A stretch of DNA of 64,000 nt from Amoebidium appalachense (Eukaryota > Protista > Ichthyosporea). The stretch spans positions 3,085,979 to 3,149,978 of the forward strand of contig CAVNZM010000007.1 in NCBI GenBank assembly GCA_963693365.1, written 5' to 3'. The notes beneath the pieces were generated by a model, which was not told the DNA's origin, made no database searches, and was given only the letters and a program-made list of their open reading frames with translations. A program made the translations under genes and the position numbers. Below, piece by piece: positions 19,470 to 32,832 of the stretch (its first letter is position 1; the number at the start of each line of letters is the position of its first letter).

Positions 19470-20969
19470 TGCTGTTTAAACAAAAACTTCTACAAGCGGG
19501 AACTATGAAGAGAAAGAATTGGTGTCGAAATCACTTCTCCAGTACGTCTGAAAGGAAACTCTACAAAATGGCGACTCAAATTCTTAACTTAAAAACACTT
19601 CTCTGCTACCTTTAAACGGATTCAGGACAAAGTATATGTAATTGTGTGAAGCGTTGAAACCTGTGCGGTGACTTTTAAACGTTTAAATGTGGACTGTTCA
19701 TCCAGACACTGGTTCTTCAAGTGGATAAAAAAAAACTCTTGACCTACTAAGCCCTTATAGGCTACAGTACATAAACATTCAGTCAGCACAAACAAACGTT
19801 TTCAACTCCTTCGAATAAGAATGCTCTGTTCGTTTCATCCCCTCTATTGTAGTCTGACCGTTGACCAACCAAATCGGTGCATGATTTTGAAGGCTCGTGA
19901 TTGGTGATTAAACAGTTAATCACCAAAATTTTATTGTTTCTACATCGCGGATTTGATCCGTGGAAATTTGAAACCCTGGTTTGAATATGGTGTATATGCC
20001 AATTCGAAGAGTAGCCTTCAAGATATCAGATGTTCTTTAGTGGTTATATATCTTTTAGCCTTCAAATGTATTTTTGGCCAAGTTTAATCTTCTCAGAACC
20101 TTGTTTTTTCTGCCTTCAAGCGAAGAACCACACCTTCTCTGTTCGAGCTGGTGGTTCCTAAACTGGAAAACTGGGATTCCGGTTCCTATTTTGCCACATA
20201 AACAGGAAAGTTGGTTTGAATGAGAGTTGTGGGGGATTCCCGTTAAGGTCGGAACAATCACCGCGTCGTGATTGGCTAGCAAACAGAAGGTGTCACCGTT
20301 CGAAATCTTTTCCCAAAAGGCCCCGCTTGCCTAATGATGTACTGCTGTCATCTGTAACATATTTATGAGCATGGTAGATAAAGTAAAGCCATGAAATACT
20401 TTGAAATTGAACGTCGATTTTTGGCTCAAGTTTTTCTTTGGGGTTTTCGAATTCGAATTGCAGGCTGCTATTTCGACGTCTAAGGTGTACATTATTGACA
20501 AGTCACAATGATCGAGGTGACTTTTCGATCCCTTCCCCCGACTATGCGGGATGATGGTCAAGGGGGACAATGATCATGACGACATCATCTCTCAAAGTTT
20601 CGCCATTGTAATTTTTTATGAGCAGTGAGAGGCATTATAAAACTTGCTTCCAACTCTTAAAATGTATATAAATAGCATACAAGGTATTATAGACTATATA
20701 GCAAATATAGCGTGCGAGTCCGACCTTGCAATTTTGCTGAGTGCATGGCACTGCATGCGCATATGCAACCACTGCATACTATAGCCGCAGTGAGCGGCGC
20801 GCTAATTTTGTGAGCTAAAAATAGACCATGCTGTTGACGGGCCGATCGACGCCGCCCGACGGCAACTCCAAAAAAAATGTCGGCGCAGTGGGCACCGTTG
20901 GCAAGGGTGGGCAGTGCAGCCCGCGTGAGCCCCCGCGTGCTGATCATGGCACAAGTTGAAGGGCATCTA

Positions 20970-21050
20970 GGGGGTTTACACACTTTTTATTTCGTGGACA
21001 CTGCCGGAGGCCCAGCCACATTCGACAACATACTGCGTTTTCCAGCGCCT
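20970..21050 (+). repeat. Short dispersed repeat; inverted copy at about 26652-26730
   Basis: gggtttacacactttttatt.cgtggacactgccggaggcccagccacattcgac...tactgcgttttccagc occurs in both places in opposite orientation. Confidence 0.75.
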
Positions 21051-21476
21051 AATGTAATCGGTACACTCTGGCCGTAGCAAGGTGTGCTAAGACTTTTGGG
21101 CAGCCAATGGAAATGGGATATGCATGTAAGTGTGACGTAATGCCGTTGGTTGGTTTGCTGTCCTCTCCTGTAACCTATCAGGTTGAAGTATTGGGTTTCC
21201 TAGTACGGCATTCTGATTGGCTACAGGAGAACGGATGGATAGGGGTGCATTCAGGTCTACTAGTAACGGCACGCCCTGCCGGGCTTTGCCTTAATCATGA
21301 AGAAGCGGAGGTGGAGGGCTTGAGTGTGAGAGATTTGAGTGCCAGCATGTGAGAGGGAGGAGGTGCATGTGTGCATGTTTTTTTTGTTTTTTTTTTTATG
21401 TTTTTTTTTTTTGGGCGCCCCCCCCCCCTCCCCCTCCCCCCTTCCCCTCCCTCCCGCTCTTTCTGTCTCTCTCTCT

Positions 21477-21538
<62 letters not shown>

Positions 21539-21554
21539 CCCTCCCCCTCCCCCC

Positions 21555-21618
<64 letters not shown>

Positions 21619-21637
21619 CCCTCCCCCTCCCCCCCCC

Positions 21638-21721
<84 letters not shown>

Positions 21722-21738
21722 CCCTCCCCCTCCCCCCA

Positions 21739-21835
<97 letters not shown>

Positions 21836-22141
21836 AATTCTCTCTTTCTAATTCTCTCTCTCTCTCTTTCTCTCTTTTTCTCTCTTCCAGAAAATCCCGA
21901 ATCTTCTGGCAAACACGAAACACGATCACCATGGTTACCATATGAAGGCTTTTTAAGCAATAACATGAAACACGATCACCAATAGTTTTGCCCCGCTCCC
22001 ACGTCCGCGGCAATTACATGCTCGTTAGTTACCATATAAGACTATTTAATCTCTGCCAATCGTTCTGCCCCGTTCAGGCGCGGACTCACGGACGGACGGA
22101 CGGACTCACGGACTCACGGACTCAAACCGCGGCTTGCCGGA

Positions 22142-22982
22142 CAGGGATGTGTCGGGTTGGGTCGACCCGAGAACCAACCCGGCCGGGTCGGCGTTACCCA
22201 ACCCCGACCCGGAGCATTTTTGCTCAAACCCGGTCGGCTTTATGACCCGGCGGGTCAGACCCGTACCCAGCCCGACCGATGGCTCTGACCCGGTCAGTTC
22301 CCGCCGGGTCAGGGTAAAGCATGATATATTAACCATAATAAGTAGTAAATTTGGATTGATAATTGGTTTTCAGGGATTGCACAGTGAACTAATAACAATA
22401 CAGTATTTTATTTAATGTCCATATATGGTAGTATAAACATTGCCGAGGCATAGTTAGCTACAGTAGTAGAGTACTGAGGCTAGGCTAGCGCTTTGATATA
22501 AAAAGAGAAAGAAAAAGAAAAAGAAAAAAGAGAGAGACAATCGTAACTGCTGTGCACGTTACGTTGTGTTTGCTTTAGACGTCACCACTACCAAGCTCTA
22601 TATAATCAAGTAAGCCGCAAGCACACGAGCACTGTCTGTTCACATGTAGACACCATGCGTGGAAAAGCCACACACACACCGCGAGCACATGTGCACACAC
22701 AGCACGCACGCACGCAAGCATATCACACACACACACACGTGCACACACAAACACACACACACATACACACACATGAATACATGCACACACGTATATGGCC
22801 AGTCCGGGCGAACACCCGAGGTTTTCGCATTTGGTAACCCGCGGGTCAACCCGATCACAAGGGTCCAAGACCCAAGAACCAACCCGGCCTGGACCGAATA
22901 AAAGACGACCCGGCCCGAGATCCACCCGGCCTTTGCGTGAACCCGCCCGAGACCCACCCGGCCAGTGACCGACACATCCCTG
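22142..22982. mobile_element. Non-autonomous hAT-type element, family 1, copy 1
   Basis: 14-bp TIRs CAGGGATGTGTCGG / CCGACACATCCCTG, 8-bp TSD TTGCCGGA on both sides, and many subterminal ACCCG/CGGGT motifs. A near-identical copy lies at 50501-51346. Confidence 0.93.
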
Positions 22983-23079
22983 TTGCCGGACTCCAATACT
23001 GAGATGTCGAAGCTTCGCCGACTCCGCTTCTTCATGATTCCTTGAAAAATAGACTCGCCAGAGTCACATGATAGTTTAA

Positions 23080-23359
23080 AGGGGGTTTCTTTTAGCTTTT
23101 CGGGCCGGGTCGGGTCAGAGGGGATTCTAGCTATATGATTGGCGTACTGCGCATCAGCCGCGCACCATCTTTTGCCGGCAGCAAGGTACAGATGCGCCAT
23201 AATACGACAATAAAGAAAAAGAAAAGAAGAATATGGAATAATAATAATGAAGCTTTAGGAAGAAGATTGCAGTTCATATCATGATTTATATGCTGAGTAA
23301 ATAGCTTGACCCGGATGTGCTGGAATGGGGACAATTAATCGGCCAAAAAGAAACCCTCT
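23080..23359. mobile_element. Kolobok/T2-type MITE, copy 1
   Basis: TTAA-AGGGGGTTTCTTTT ... AAAAGAAACCCTCT-TTAA, i.e. a TTAA TSD with AGGRR termini. An inverted copy lies at 27730-28024. Confidence 0.8.
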
Positions 23360-23432
23360 TTAATTATCATACGGCGGCTGAGGCCACCGTGGCAGCGCTG
23401 CTGCATGCACCGTAGGGCCATGATGAAAATAT

Positions 23433-25462
23433 TTTTTTTATAATGACTTTATTGATATGCTCAGCAAAATAGAAGCCATCGAGATATCACCGATATTTCG
23501 GAGAAGAAAATACAAAAGCCCTCACTCTCAGATACGGACTCGGAGATAACGACTTAAATAATCATACACCCTAGTCTAAAAAACTCGTTAAACATACCGT
23601 GGTTCAACAGATAGTCAATAGACGTAATATCAGGAGTATCTAAAAAAGCCAGTCTTCTAATTTCTAACGGAATTATCTGAGATAAAAAAATACATCTATC
23701 TAAGTGTTTACGAGAAAAAGGTTCTGCACAAAAGTGGCACAAACATTTATGGAAACAAAGGTTACAGCGCCAAAATAAACATTTCCAAGCTATATCACAA
23801 GGAGGGGTTAGAATTGCAAAATCGGTAAGTGTGACAGTAGGTTTACGAGAGGAAGGATAAATATAAGTAGCTAATTTACACAACGGTCGTAAAGAAATTA
23901 GACGAGTCTCTAATATAAAAAGAAGCAGGCTCAACTTGAAGAGCCCTAGTACCATGATCATGATACTCTTTATCACAACGATGAAGCAAATGATATTGAG
24001 TAATATGAAACCAAGTAACATACTGCTGATAACTAGTAGAAGAGAAAAATAAAGGAGATAAGTATTTAAAAGGATATCTCGGAATGGGAGAGAGATTGGG
24101 GATAGGACATTTCGCACGAACATTAGAAATGCCGGGAACACTGCAGGTGCTAAAGAAGGAAAGAATTGCAACAAAGGATGATAAGAAGGAAGCCTAACCA
24201 AATGAAAACAAAAGCGAAGTCCTAATTCATTCATACGCTGGCGCGCCGGAGGAAGACCAAAAACACTCAGCAAGGGAGCCGCCAAAGGATGCCTACGCGA
24301 GGTTCAAGAAATAAACTGGATGAATTCACGCTGAAAGGAATCGAATTCCCAAAGAGCCGCGCGCTGTTGCCGTGGAGGGGCACACAAGAGTAACGGGAGG
24401 CCATATACGAAACATGGACGAGGAAAAACTTTATAAAGAGTGAGCAAATTGGCAGGATGAATATTAGAGATATTTGCGAATATTCCTTGATAGATATGTA
24501 AGCGACCACTGCTGCAGTGGCACGCGCACGAGAAATGCGCGGAGTCAAAAGGCGCTCAAACCAGATACAGATACCCTTAGAGGTGAAAGGTCCTAATACC
24601 TAAATAGTCATAGGAGGACACGATTGGGATAGGTTGATTGTTCAGAGTATACTGTGCACTGGAAGAAAAGGTGCCGCATTTATCTATCCCAATTTTCATG
24701 AAATTTCGGAAACACCAGTCATCTACTCGAGAAAGCATGTTATTCATGATAGAAGGATCGTGAGTGACTAAGACAATATCATCAGCGAAAAAACGGCCAG
24801 TCCGGAAGACACAAGAGTCGCCGGCAACTGGAAATTTTTGAATTTCTACCGCTAAGTCGTCAATAAAGACATCAAAGAGAAGGGGACTCAAAAGTGAGCC
24901 CTGTAAAAGACCTCGAGTACGATTGAATCCGTTACTCAGTACCCCATTCACAACGGCAGCCCCATGGGTGCGGTCAAATAACGCCTGAAGTAGCCGACCA
25001 AAGGGAAGAGGTAGCCCTCGAGAGGCCAACTTGTGCCACAGCAAATTCGTTGAAACTGTGTCATAGGCATTCTTAATGTCGATAAAGCATACCTCGCGAC
25101 ATCCAGAACGAATAGTGTCGTGTAATAGAAGAGCATGAGTATAGCACCGTGACGAATAAGCACGCCGAAATCCGCCCTGAATGTTGCTCAACCGGAAGAC
25201 ACTCGATAAGGTCTCATGCAGTGGAAGGCACGCAATATGCAGTCACTCGAATAGGCGACGAGGCCGGAAGGAAGAAATCGGACCGGTAGAGACCTTCTTG
25301 CGGACGGGATTTATGATGGTGTCATTGCCACGACGAAGGAATGAATCCCAACTCATAGAAGGCAGAGAAAAACTCGCTCGCCAAATACGCAAAGGGGGGT
25401 TGGGGGCGGCGTATTCCCGCCTTAAAGGTAATAACGAGGGCACAATGCCTTACGAAGCGCGG
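23433..25462 (-). mobile_element. 5'-truncated, degraded non-LTR retrotransposon (LINE)
   Basis: RT motifs QGGFRR, FIDIKNAYDTV, GLLQGSLLSPLLF, FFADD and YDYLGI (ORF 24577-25191). C-terminal CHFC...KHLDRC zinc-knuckle-like motif. AATAAA plus an A-tail at the 3' end (about 23432-23455). TSD TGAAAATAT at 23424-23432 and 25463-25471. Stops and frameshifts are present. Confidence 0.88.
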
Positions 25463-26804
25463 TGAAAATATCCCGGGTATCACGGTGATATTCAGGGGTG
25501 TCCTGGATACCTGATATGTCTCGTGATATTCAGGTCCAGCTTGGGATGTATCCCGTGATATTCAGGGAGGGGGCGCAAAAAGATATATCTTTTGGTATCC
25601 ACCGAAGTGTGATATATCCTGGGCCAAGGAGCAAGATATATCCGGCCCTTTTTGTTTATGTTATCTATAAAAAATGGCCATGTGGGGAACCTTACGGGCA
25701 AGATTTGATCTTGGTGAACACGTCAAACGACCAATGCAAACAAACAGATTATTTCCAAAATCATTGTCTTAGCCATAAATGGGTAATTTTATCGGGAATT
25801 AGCCAATTATGCACCACTTGCACCTTCCCAGGGAGCAAACATTTCTCAAACAAAATAAAGCAATGAATTATAGTATTGATTTTAAATTTATACATGATGA
25901 AGCTGAGGCAAAGCTTATGGTTGTACAATAAGGTGCATGAACAAGTACATATGCCGCATAGTGAACTTTGATATGCAATGTATCAGTGTGTTCATGTTGT
26001 ATACACACATAGCATGCATATGCATATGCCATGGCCAGTTCAACACCAGCTCATCCGCATCCTCAGCGCTGATGCGGCATGCACATAAATTTGGCCGGCC
26101 ACATACAATTGCAAATACTAATGCTTTAGTTTTATAAAAGCAGAGTTATACATTGCCTAAGTTCTGTAAAAGGGACTCACAGCAGAAAGGTATATTTGGG
26201 CGTATACTCTGCCTTTGGTGAGAGATATACGTAAACTATGATAGGTTTGCCCAAAAGGCTAAATTTGGCCGGGACACTTGTGTATGATAATCAGGGGCTT
26301 GACGGGATACTTTTGATATATATTTTGATATTCAGGGACGTTTTCGGGATATGTTGTAATGATACTCAGGGCGCTCTTAGAAAAAGGGGATATTCAGGGG
26401 TTCAGGCGATATTTTCGTGATATATCCCGGTTGATACTCAGTGCGCTACCGTTTTAAGATGACTATCCTAGATCACCTTATTAATGCTGCACAGTATGAT
26501 ATTGTGATCCGGTGCCTTAACTTTCTTTCGGAGCTAACGATGCTAGCCTCTGCTTACCCATAATATGTAATAGGGGTGTCAGATAATACGATGGCGCTCA
26601 TTGTTGTAGCGTGGGTTTTAGTACATATGTCACTGGCTGCATTTGATTGGCTGTGCTGGAAAACGCAGTAGGCCGTCGAATGTGGCTGGGCCTCCGGCAG
26701 TGTCCACGCAATAAAAAGTGTGTAAACCCAAAAACAAGAAGAAAAAAAAGAAGAAAAAAAACAGGATATTTCCATAAATGCACCGTGCCCATGCGCAGGC
26801 CAAC

Positions 26805-27050
26805 CAGGTTGTGAAATTAGGGGGTTTATGCCCTAGGGCCAGAAAATTGTCCCTGAAAGTCCGAAAATTGTCCATACCTTTTTGAGGTTAGGTGACGGTC
26901 CATCAACTTCCCAAAAATTGGCCCTAACAGAGCCAATATGTAAGAAAATTGGCACCTTGAAATGGTTGTTGGCTCTGTTAGGGCCATTCAGGCTGGTGGA
27001 AAGTTACCAAAATATTAATGGCACTAGCCAAAAACAAATTTCACACCCTG
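26805..27050. mobile_element. hAT-type MITE, family 2, copy 1
   Basis: TIRs CAGGTTGTGAAATT / AATTTCACACCCTG and 8-bp TSD AGGCCAAC. Confidence 0.9.
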
Positions 27051-27168
27051 AGGCCAACCTCGTTTTTAGCAATCACGAAGCAAATTCCCGCTGCCAGATG
27101 ACGCTTGAGATCCACCAATTGTTTTCTGTATTGGCACCTGTTGCACACTGTACTATGAGCCACGGTAC

Positions 27169-27396
27169 CAGGCTGTGAAATTAGCGGGTTTAGGGCCAGA
27201 AAATTGCCCCTGAAAGTCCGAAAATTGTCCCTAACTTTTCGAGGTTAGGTCCATCGATTTCTGAAAATTTGGCCCTAACAGGGCCAAACATGTTAGAAAA
27301 GTGGCACCTAAAAACGGTTGTTGGCTCTACTAGGGCCATCCAGGCTGGTGGAGAGCGGTCAAAATGGCACTAGCCAAAAACAAATTTCACACCCTG
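27169..27396. mobile_element. hAT-type MITE, family 2, copy 2
   Basis: TIRs CAGGCTGTGAAATT / AATTTCACACCCTG and 8-bp TSD CACGGTAC. Confidence 0.9.
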
Positions 27397-27729
27397 CACG
27401 GTACCGTGATTGTCGATATGGTAAACTTTGAAAATGTTTATTTTACGAAAAATGAAGGTCTTTGAAAGCATTATAATATCTGGAGGACCAAAATAAGCAT
27501 TTATTTTTTTCTCTTGATATTACTAAGTTGGGTTCATGCTGATACTTTGAGTCGAGTATGTCAACAGTCAACCTCTGGACTCTGCATAACTCAGTCGCTA
27601 AACACAGTTAAGCCAATCATTTGAAGCCTTTGCATAGATCCATAGTATTTGCTTTTGGCGGCTGCAATCCATGCGGCATGTTCCGAAAAAGTCGTCAACT
27701 GAGGCAGGGCTGACTGAGCAAACTATTAA

Positions 27730-28024
27730 AGGGGGCTTCTTTTAGGCCGATTAATTGTCCCCATTCCAGCACGTTCGGGTCAAGCCATTTACTCAGCATT
27801 TAGACCATGATATGAACTGCAAATTTCTTCCTAAAGCTTTATTTTTATTAATCCATTCTTTACTTCTTTTCTTTCTCTTTTCTATTTCTTTATTGTCGTA
27901 TTATGGCGCATCTGTACCTTGCTGCCGGCAAAACGATGGTGCGCAGCTGATACGCAGTACGCCAATCATATAGCTAGAATTCCCTCTGACCCGGCTCGGC
28001 CCGAAAAGCTAAAAGAAACCCCCT
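27730..28024. mobile_element. Kolobok/T2-type MITE, copy 2 (inverted relative to copy 1)
   Basis: TTAA-AGGGGGCTTCTTTT ... AAAAGAAACCCCCT-TTAA. The internal sequence is the reverse complement of 23080-23359. Confidence 0.8.
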
Positions 28025-28056
28025 TTAACTCACTTGCGCACTTACAAGTGTGCATG

Positions 28057-28578
28057 AGTGAACAAAAGTTTCTTATACCGTAGTACGTTCTTATACGCAC
28101 AAATCTAAGCACAACTAGGATGCTGTACAATGGGAAACGTCGAGGTATAGTTTCTGGCAGACTTACATAGTTACGTTAGAGATCTATTTTGCTTGTGAAG
28201 GGATAACTTCGAATGCAACCTTCTCAGTGACACGGCGCCCCCACCTCAGTTCGTTTTTCCTCCCGTTGAGCTTGTTAACGGTTTTGGTGGTGTTGCCAGC
28301 TTTCCAGTTTTCTCACGAGTGAACAAAGTTTCTTATACCGTAATACGTTCATATACGCACAAATCTAAGCACAACTAGGCTGCTGTAAAATGGGAAACGT
28401 CGAGGTATAGTTTCTGGCAGACTTGCATAGTTACGTTAGAGATCTATTTTGCTTGTGAAGGGATAACTTCGAATGCAACCTTCTCAATGACACGTCGCCC
28501 CCACCTCATGTCGTTTTTCCTCCCGTTGAGCTTGTTAACGGTTTTTGTGGTGTTGCCTTACAGCTTTCCACTTTTCTT
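28057..28578. repeat. Recent ~261-bp tandem duplication
   Basis: gagtgaacaaa.gttttcttataccgta...cagctttcca.ttttct repeated at 28057 and 28317 with few differences. Confidence 0.9.
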
Positions 28579-29984
28579 ACGTAACCTTTAAACTTCTTTT
28601 ATTCACCCCACCTTCCATAGCTTTTAATGCTTTCAGCACAGCTTTAACTCTACTGACCGTGAAGTTGTTCGCAATCCCTGCCAGTTCGAGAGCATTTGTA
28701 TGCTGGTTGTGTAGATTTTTGGGCAGTATCTTCAGCCTTTGAACATATGTATGTCTCCTAGCGCTTCCTAAACCTTGCGAACCTTAATCTAATTCAGCAT
28801 CGTAACATTGGCTTTTCTTCCTCGACGAAGCATTTTTGGACACACAGCGAAAATCAGTCAAAGCACCCTTTTGAACAAGCACTCTTTTGCGCCATGGGCC
28901 ATATATGGAAAAGCTTTCGGAAGGCCCTTCGCCAGTGCTACAGCCAAGACGTAAGTGCCAACACAGATAATCATGCAAGGCCTTCCTAGGCTTCTGTTCC
29001 TCTATCGAAACAAAAAAAACCACACGTCTCTTGTTGCCATCCCCGCGGGTTTGGCACGCCCCATGGCAATTGGCTGGTTTTAAGCTCCCAGCCTGAGGGT
29101 TGTAAAAGGGTGAGAGTGTGAACAATATCGATGCACGCAGCACAAAGCGAAACCTGTGAGAGGAACACGGTGTAATACAATAGGCCATGGCATACACAAC
29201 CTTTCCGAATACTGAATTCGAATAGATGCAGTCCGGCTTGATGATTGTGTTGGCTTCGTTATGGCAGTATTACTCCGGAAAACACTTAGCAAAACGAACC
29301 CCTGGAGATAGAACCCGCGTGTTTGCACAAAACTAGAGGCACAACGCAGCAACACACACACGTCAATGGTGGCGACAATGGCGCAACCTGTGCACAATAT
29401 TACGCTCGTACGAAATCATGCACCTGCAAAGGGTACACGGCCATGCTTGCACAGGCACTTACACACCCTTAAGCTCGCGTCCCACGTGGAATTTGCATAT
29501 ATACACACGCACACACGTGTGTATACACACATTCACACACGCGCGCATCATAACTTTCATGCACGAAGGCACGTGATAGGATTTTTGTGGTTTTGCACCT
29601 CCAGTGCACCGGGCAACACACATGCGCTCAAACAGCTTTCTTGGCAATTTTCACCTTTTTTATTATCAAGACTTGGTATCTACACTGCCTTCTCGGGTGA
29701 TATGAACCATGGCCTCATATTTTATTTAGGCTTTAGAACTACATGCTTACGATTGTGCTAAAACGTTTGAGGAAACAAGCTTCACTACACACGTTGCACC
29801 AAGGTAGATAATACATTCATGGGCGGTCATGTTTTGGTTCAACATGCACACACGTATTATTAACGAACCTCATTCAGATTCCTCCACCCCTAACCCTTCA
29901 TTTCCTCCGATCCTCTTCCCCCCCCCCCCCTCCCCCCCGGGCAAGCCCCTTTGTCACCCCCCGCCATAGGCGGGCGCGCGCACG

Positions 29985-30069
<85 letters not shown>

Positions 30070-30212
30070 CCGGCCGAGAGGGCATTGGAGAGGCAGGCAC
30101 GGGAAACCTTCGACAACACCTTGGCTGCACTGACACGGAGTCGGGGCCTCCTGTAAGTGTGCTGTGGTCTGAAATCTATGTTCATGCATACAGTATATGT
30201 GTATATATGTCT

Positions 30213-30258
<46 letters not shown>

Positions 30259-30328
30259 TTGTTATTACTACCGTAGGAGATAAGAGTGTGTCCGTGTATA
30301 CAGAGAGAGCTAGTGAGAGGGAGAGGGG

Positions 30329-30361
<33 letters not shown>

Positions 30362-30744
30362 GGACAGAGAGAAAGAGAGAAATAGAGAGAGTGTGCGTGC
30401 GCGCGCGCGCGCTTTTGTTTTATAGATCTGTGATTGCTATTGTAGAATTTACGTGTTTTATAGTATCTTTTGTCTAATTGGCGAGTGCTTGGTTCTCCGT
30501 GGCAACGTATTTGATAAAAATGAACAAGAGCTGTTTTTAAGGTGAGAGAGAAAGTTAATGAAGAAGGAGATCGAATGGGAGAGCCCATGGGAGGGGCGGG
30601 GGTGACGGTGGATGGGAGGGGGGCGGAGGGGGGCGCACATTTCTTACAACAGGCAAGATCTTCACTCAAACACTAGTTACCTGGGGAAAACGTGACGAGG
30701 TCACTTGGTGGAAATTTGGAGAGGGTGTGTGCGTGCGCGTGCGT

Positions 30745-30777
<33 letters not shown>

Positions 30778-31201
30778 CCCCGGCGACTACCGCCGGGCGG
30801 GGGGAGGGGGGAGGGGGGCGAGGTAATGCTGACCGTGTGTGTGTGTGTGTGTGCGTGCGTGTGTTTGTCCGAACAGCACATATGGCGAGTGGGAAGCAGC
30901 AAACTCACCTCATAGGCCAAGGAGTGGACTGGCCCCAGGACAGTGGGTTCCACCCCCCCCCCCCCCCCCCCCCCCTCTTCCACCCCCTCCCCCCCCCCCC
31001 CCCCCTCTTCCACCCCCCCCTCCCCCCCCCCCCCCCCCTGCCCTCCTCCCCCGTCCCCCCCCCCCTCCCCTCCCCCTCCCCCGTCCCCCCTTCCCCTGCC
31101 CGCCCGCCCTGCCTCACCCCGTAAATTTCCCCCCTCATCCCTCCCTCTTTCTTCCCTTCTCGGTGCCTGTTCAGCAGCATCCACAACGAAGGGGGGTGGT
31201 G

Positions 31202-31238
<37 letters not shown>

Positions 31239-31805
31239 ATAGGGGAAGAAACGTGTAGTCAAATGGAAGAGGATCATGAGGAATAAACACCCGCTGGCTT
31301 TCGGTCCAGTTTTTTCCCTAATTTTGATGGGCAACGGATGTAAGGTGAGACGCGAAGGTGGACCATTAGAAAAACTTAAAAATAAAAAAATAAAAAATAT
31401 TAAAACTAAAACGACTTAGTAGTTTAAGCTTTTTTTCAACCGAAAGAGACACGCCTGGTTTTTGGCTCAATCCTACACTGGCGCCAGGAATGAGGGTGCG
31501 GGCTTGCATCTTTATTGCACGTTACACACCAGAAGTTGGCATAACCCAGAAATGCACACACATACATTAATCGCCGTTAACGTTTGTGACTTCATACTGC
31601 TCTCTCCTGTCGTCCGTTTTCTTCTCTAAGGCTTCTTTATTGTGGGGGGAGATTCTACGTCTGATATTTGGACGCACAAACAACCTCCTCCCCCCCTCCC
31701 CCATACGCACGCACAAACACACAAGTATACACACACAAAGGCACCCACACTCCCATACTAATACTGCCTTTGGTCTTTTGCCTTCTGCACATACGCTCAC
31801 TCTCA

Positions 31806-31899
<94 letters not shown>

Positions 31900-32742
31900 C
31901 TCCCTCCCTCCCTCCCTCCCTCCCTCCCTCCCCCCACCCCTCCCCCCCCCCCTCCCCCCTCTCACTCCCCTTCTCGCCCTCTCCCTCTCCCTCCCCCGTC
32001 TCTCTACCTGCCCTCCCCTCCCCCCCCTCTCCCCCCCCTTCTTCCTCCACAGATCACAAACAGCACCAGCCCGCACACCCACCCAATCAGTTAATGCCAA
32101 CGGCCGCTCTTCGAATTCCTCAACCAATCAACTCCCACAATTAACAAACGGAGCTGCCGAGACAACAACACTGACAAATCGTCGTAGGGCATCCTCAACA
32201 AAATCCATTCCGCCCACCATTCCAGAGGTAGAACGGGTGGAAATCGGTGAGGTCGGTCCGCAGCCGATCGAGCGATCGGAATCTTCGCCCGATCAGGATC
32301 ACGATTGCGATCGGCGGAGTAGCGAGACCGATTCGGGGGTACATGTGGTTAGTAGTGGTGGCGGGGGCGGAGGTGGTGGGAAGAGCGAATCCGATTCGTG
32401 CAATGATGAAAATTTGGTGACGATTCCAAAGCTGTTGCTTGAACAGATGGAGGTAAGGGAGCCTTTATTTGGTAACAGGAAGCGGGGACACTGGAACATA
32501 AATCGTACGTCAAGTGGGTGTTTCTGAGTTTTATTTTTTTATTTCTGAGTGGGAGGGGGAGGGGGGGGAGGGGAGAGGGCAATGATATGGACCTCATTAG
32601 GAGGAAGTAAAGCATATGGACGGGGGTTTTCCGCTGATACATGCACATGTGCCTTTGTGGTAGCGGGTGGACACATGCCACACGTAATTATTCATTCACA
32701 CACACACACACACGTACAGTCACACATACACGCATACTCACT

Positions 32743-32832
<90 letters not shown>

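Noticed and set aside
23080-28024. The inverted TTAA elements as the long TIRs of a single 5-kb transposon
   Set aside because: Each copy is complete with both termini and TTAA on both sides, and no transposase lies between them.
28560-29197. Minus-strand ORF 28784..29197 and its read-through as a gene
   Set aside because: No recognisable motif and interrupted by stops. At most an unidentifiable relic.
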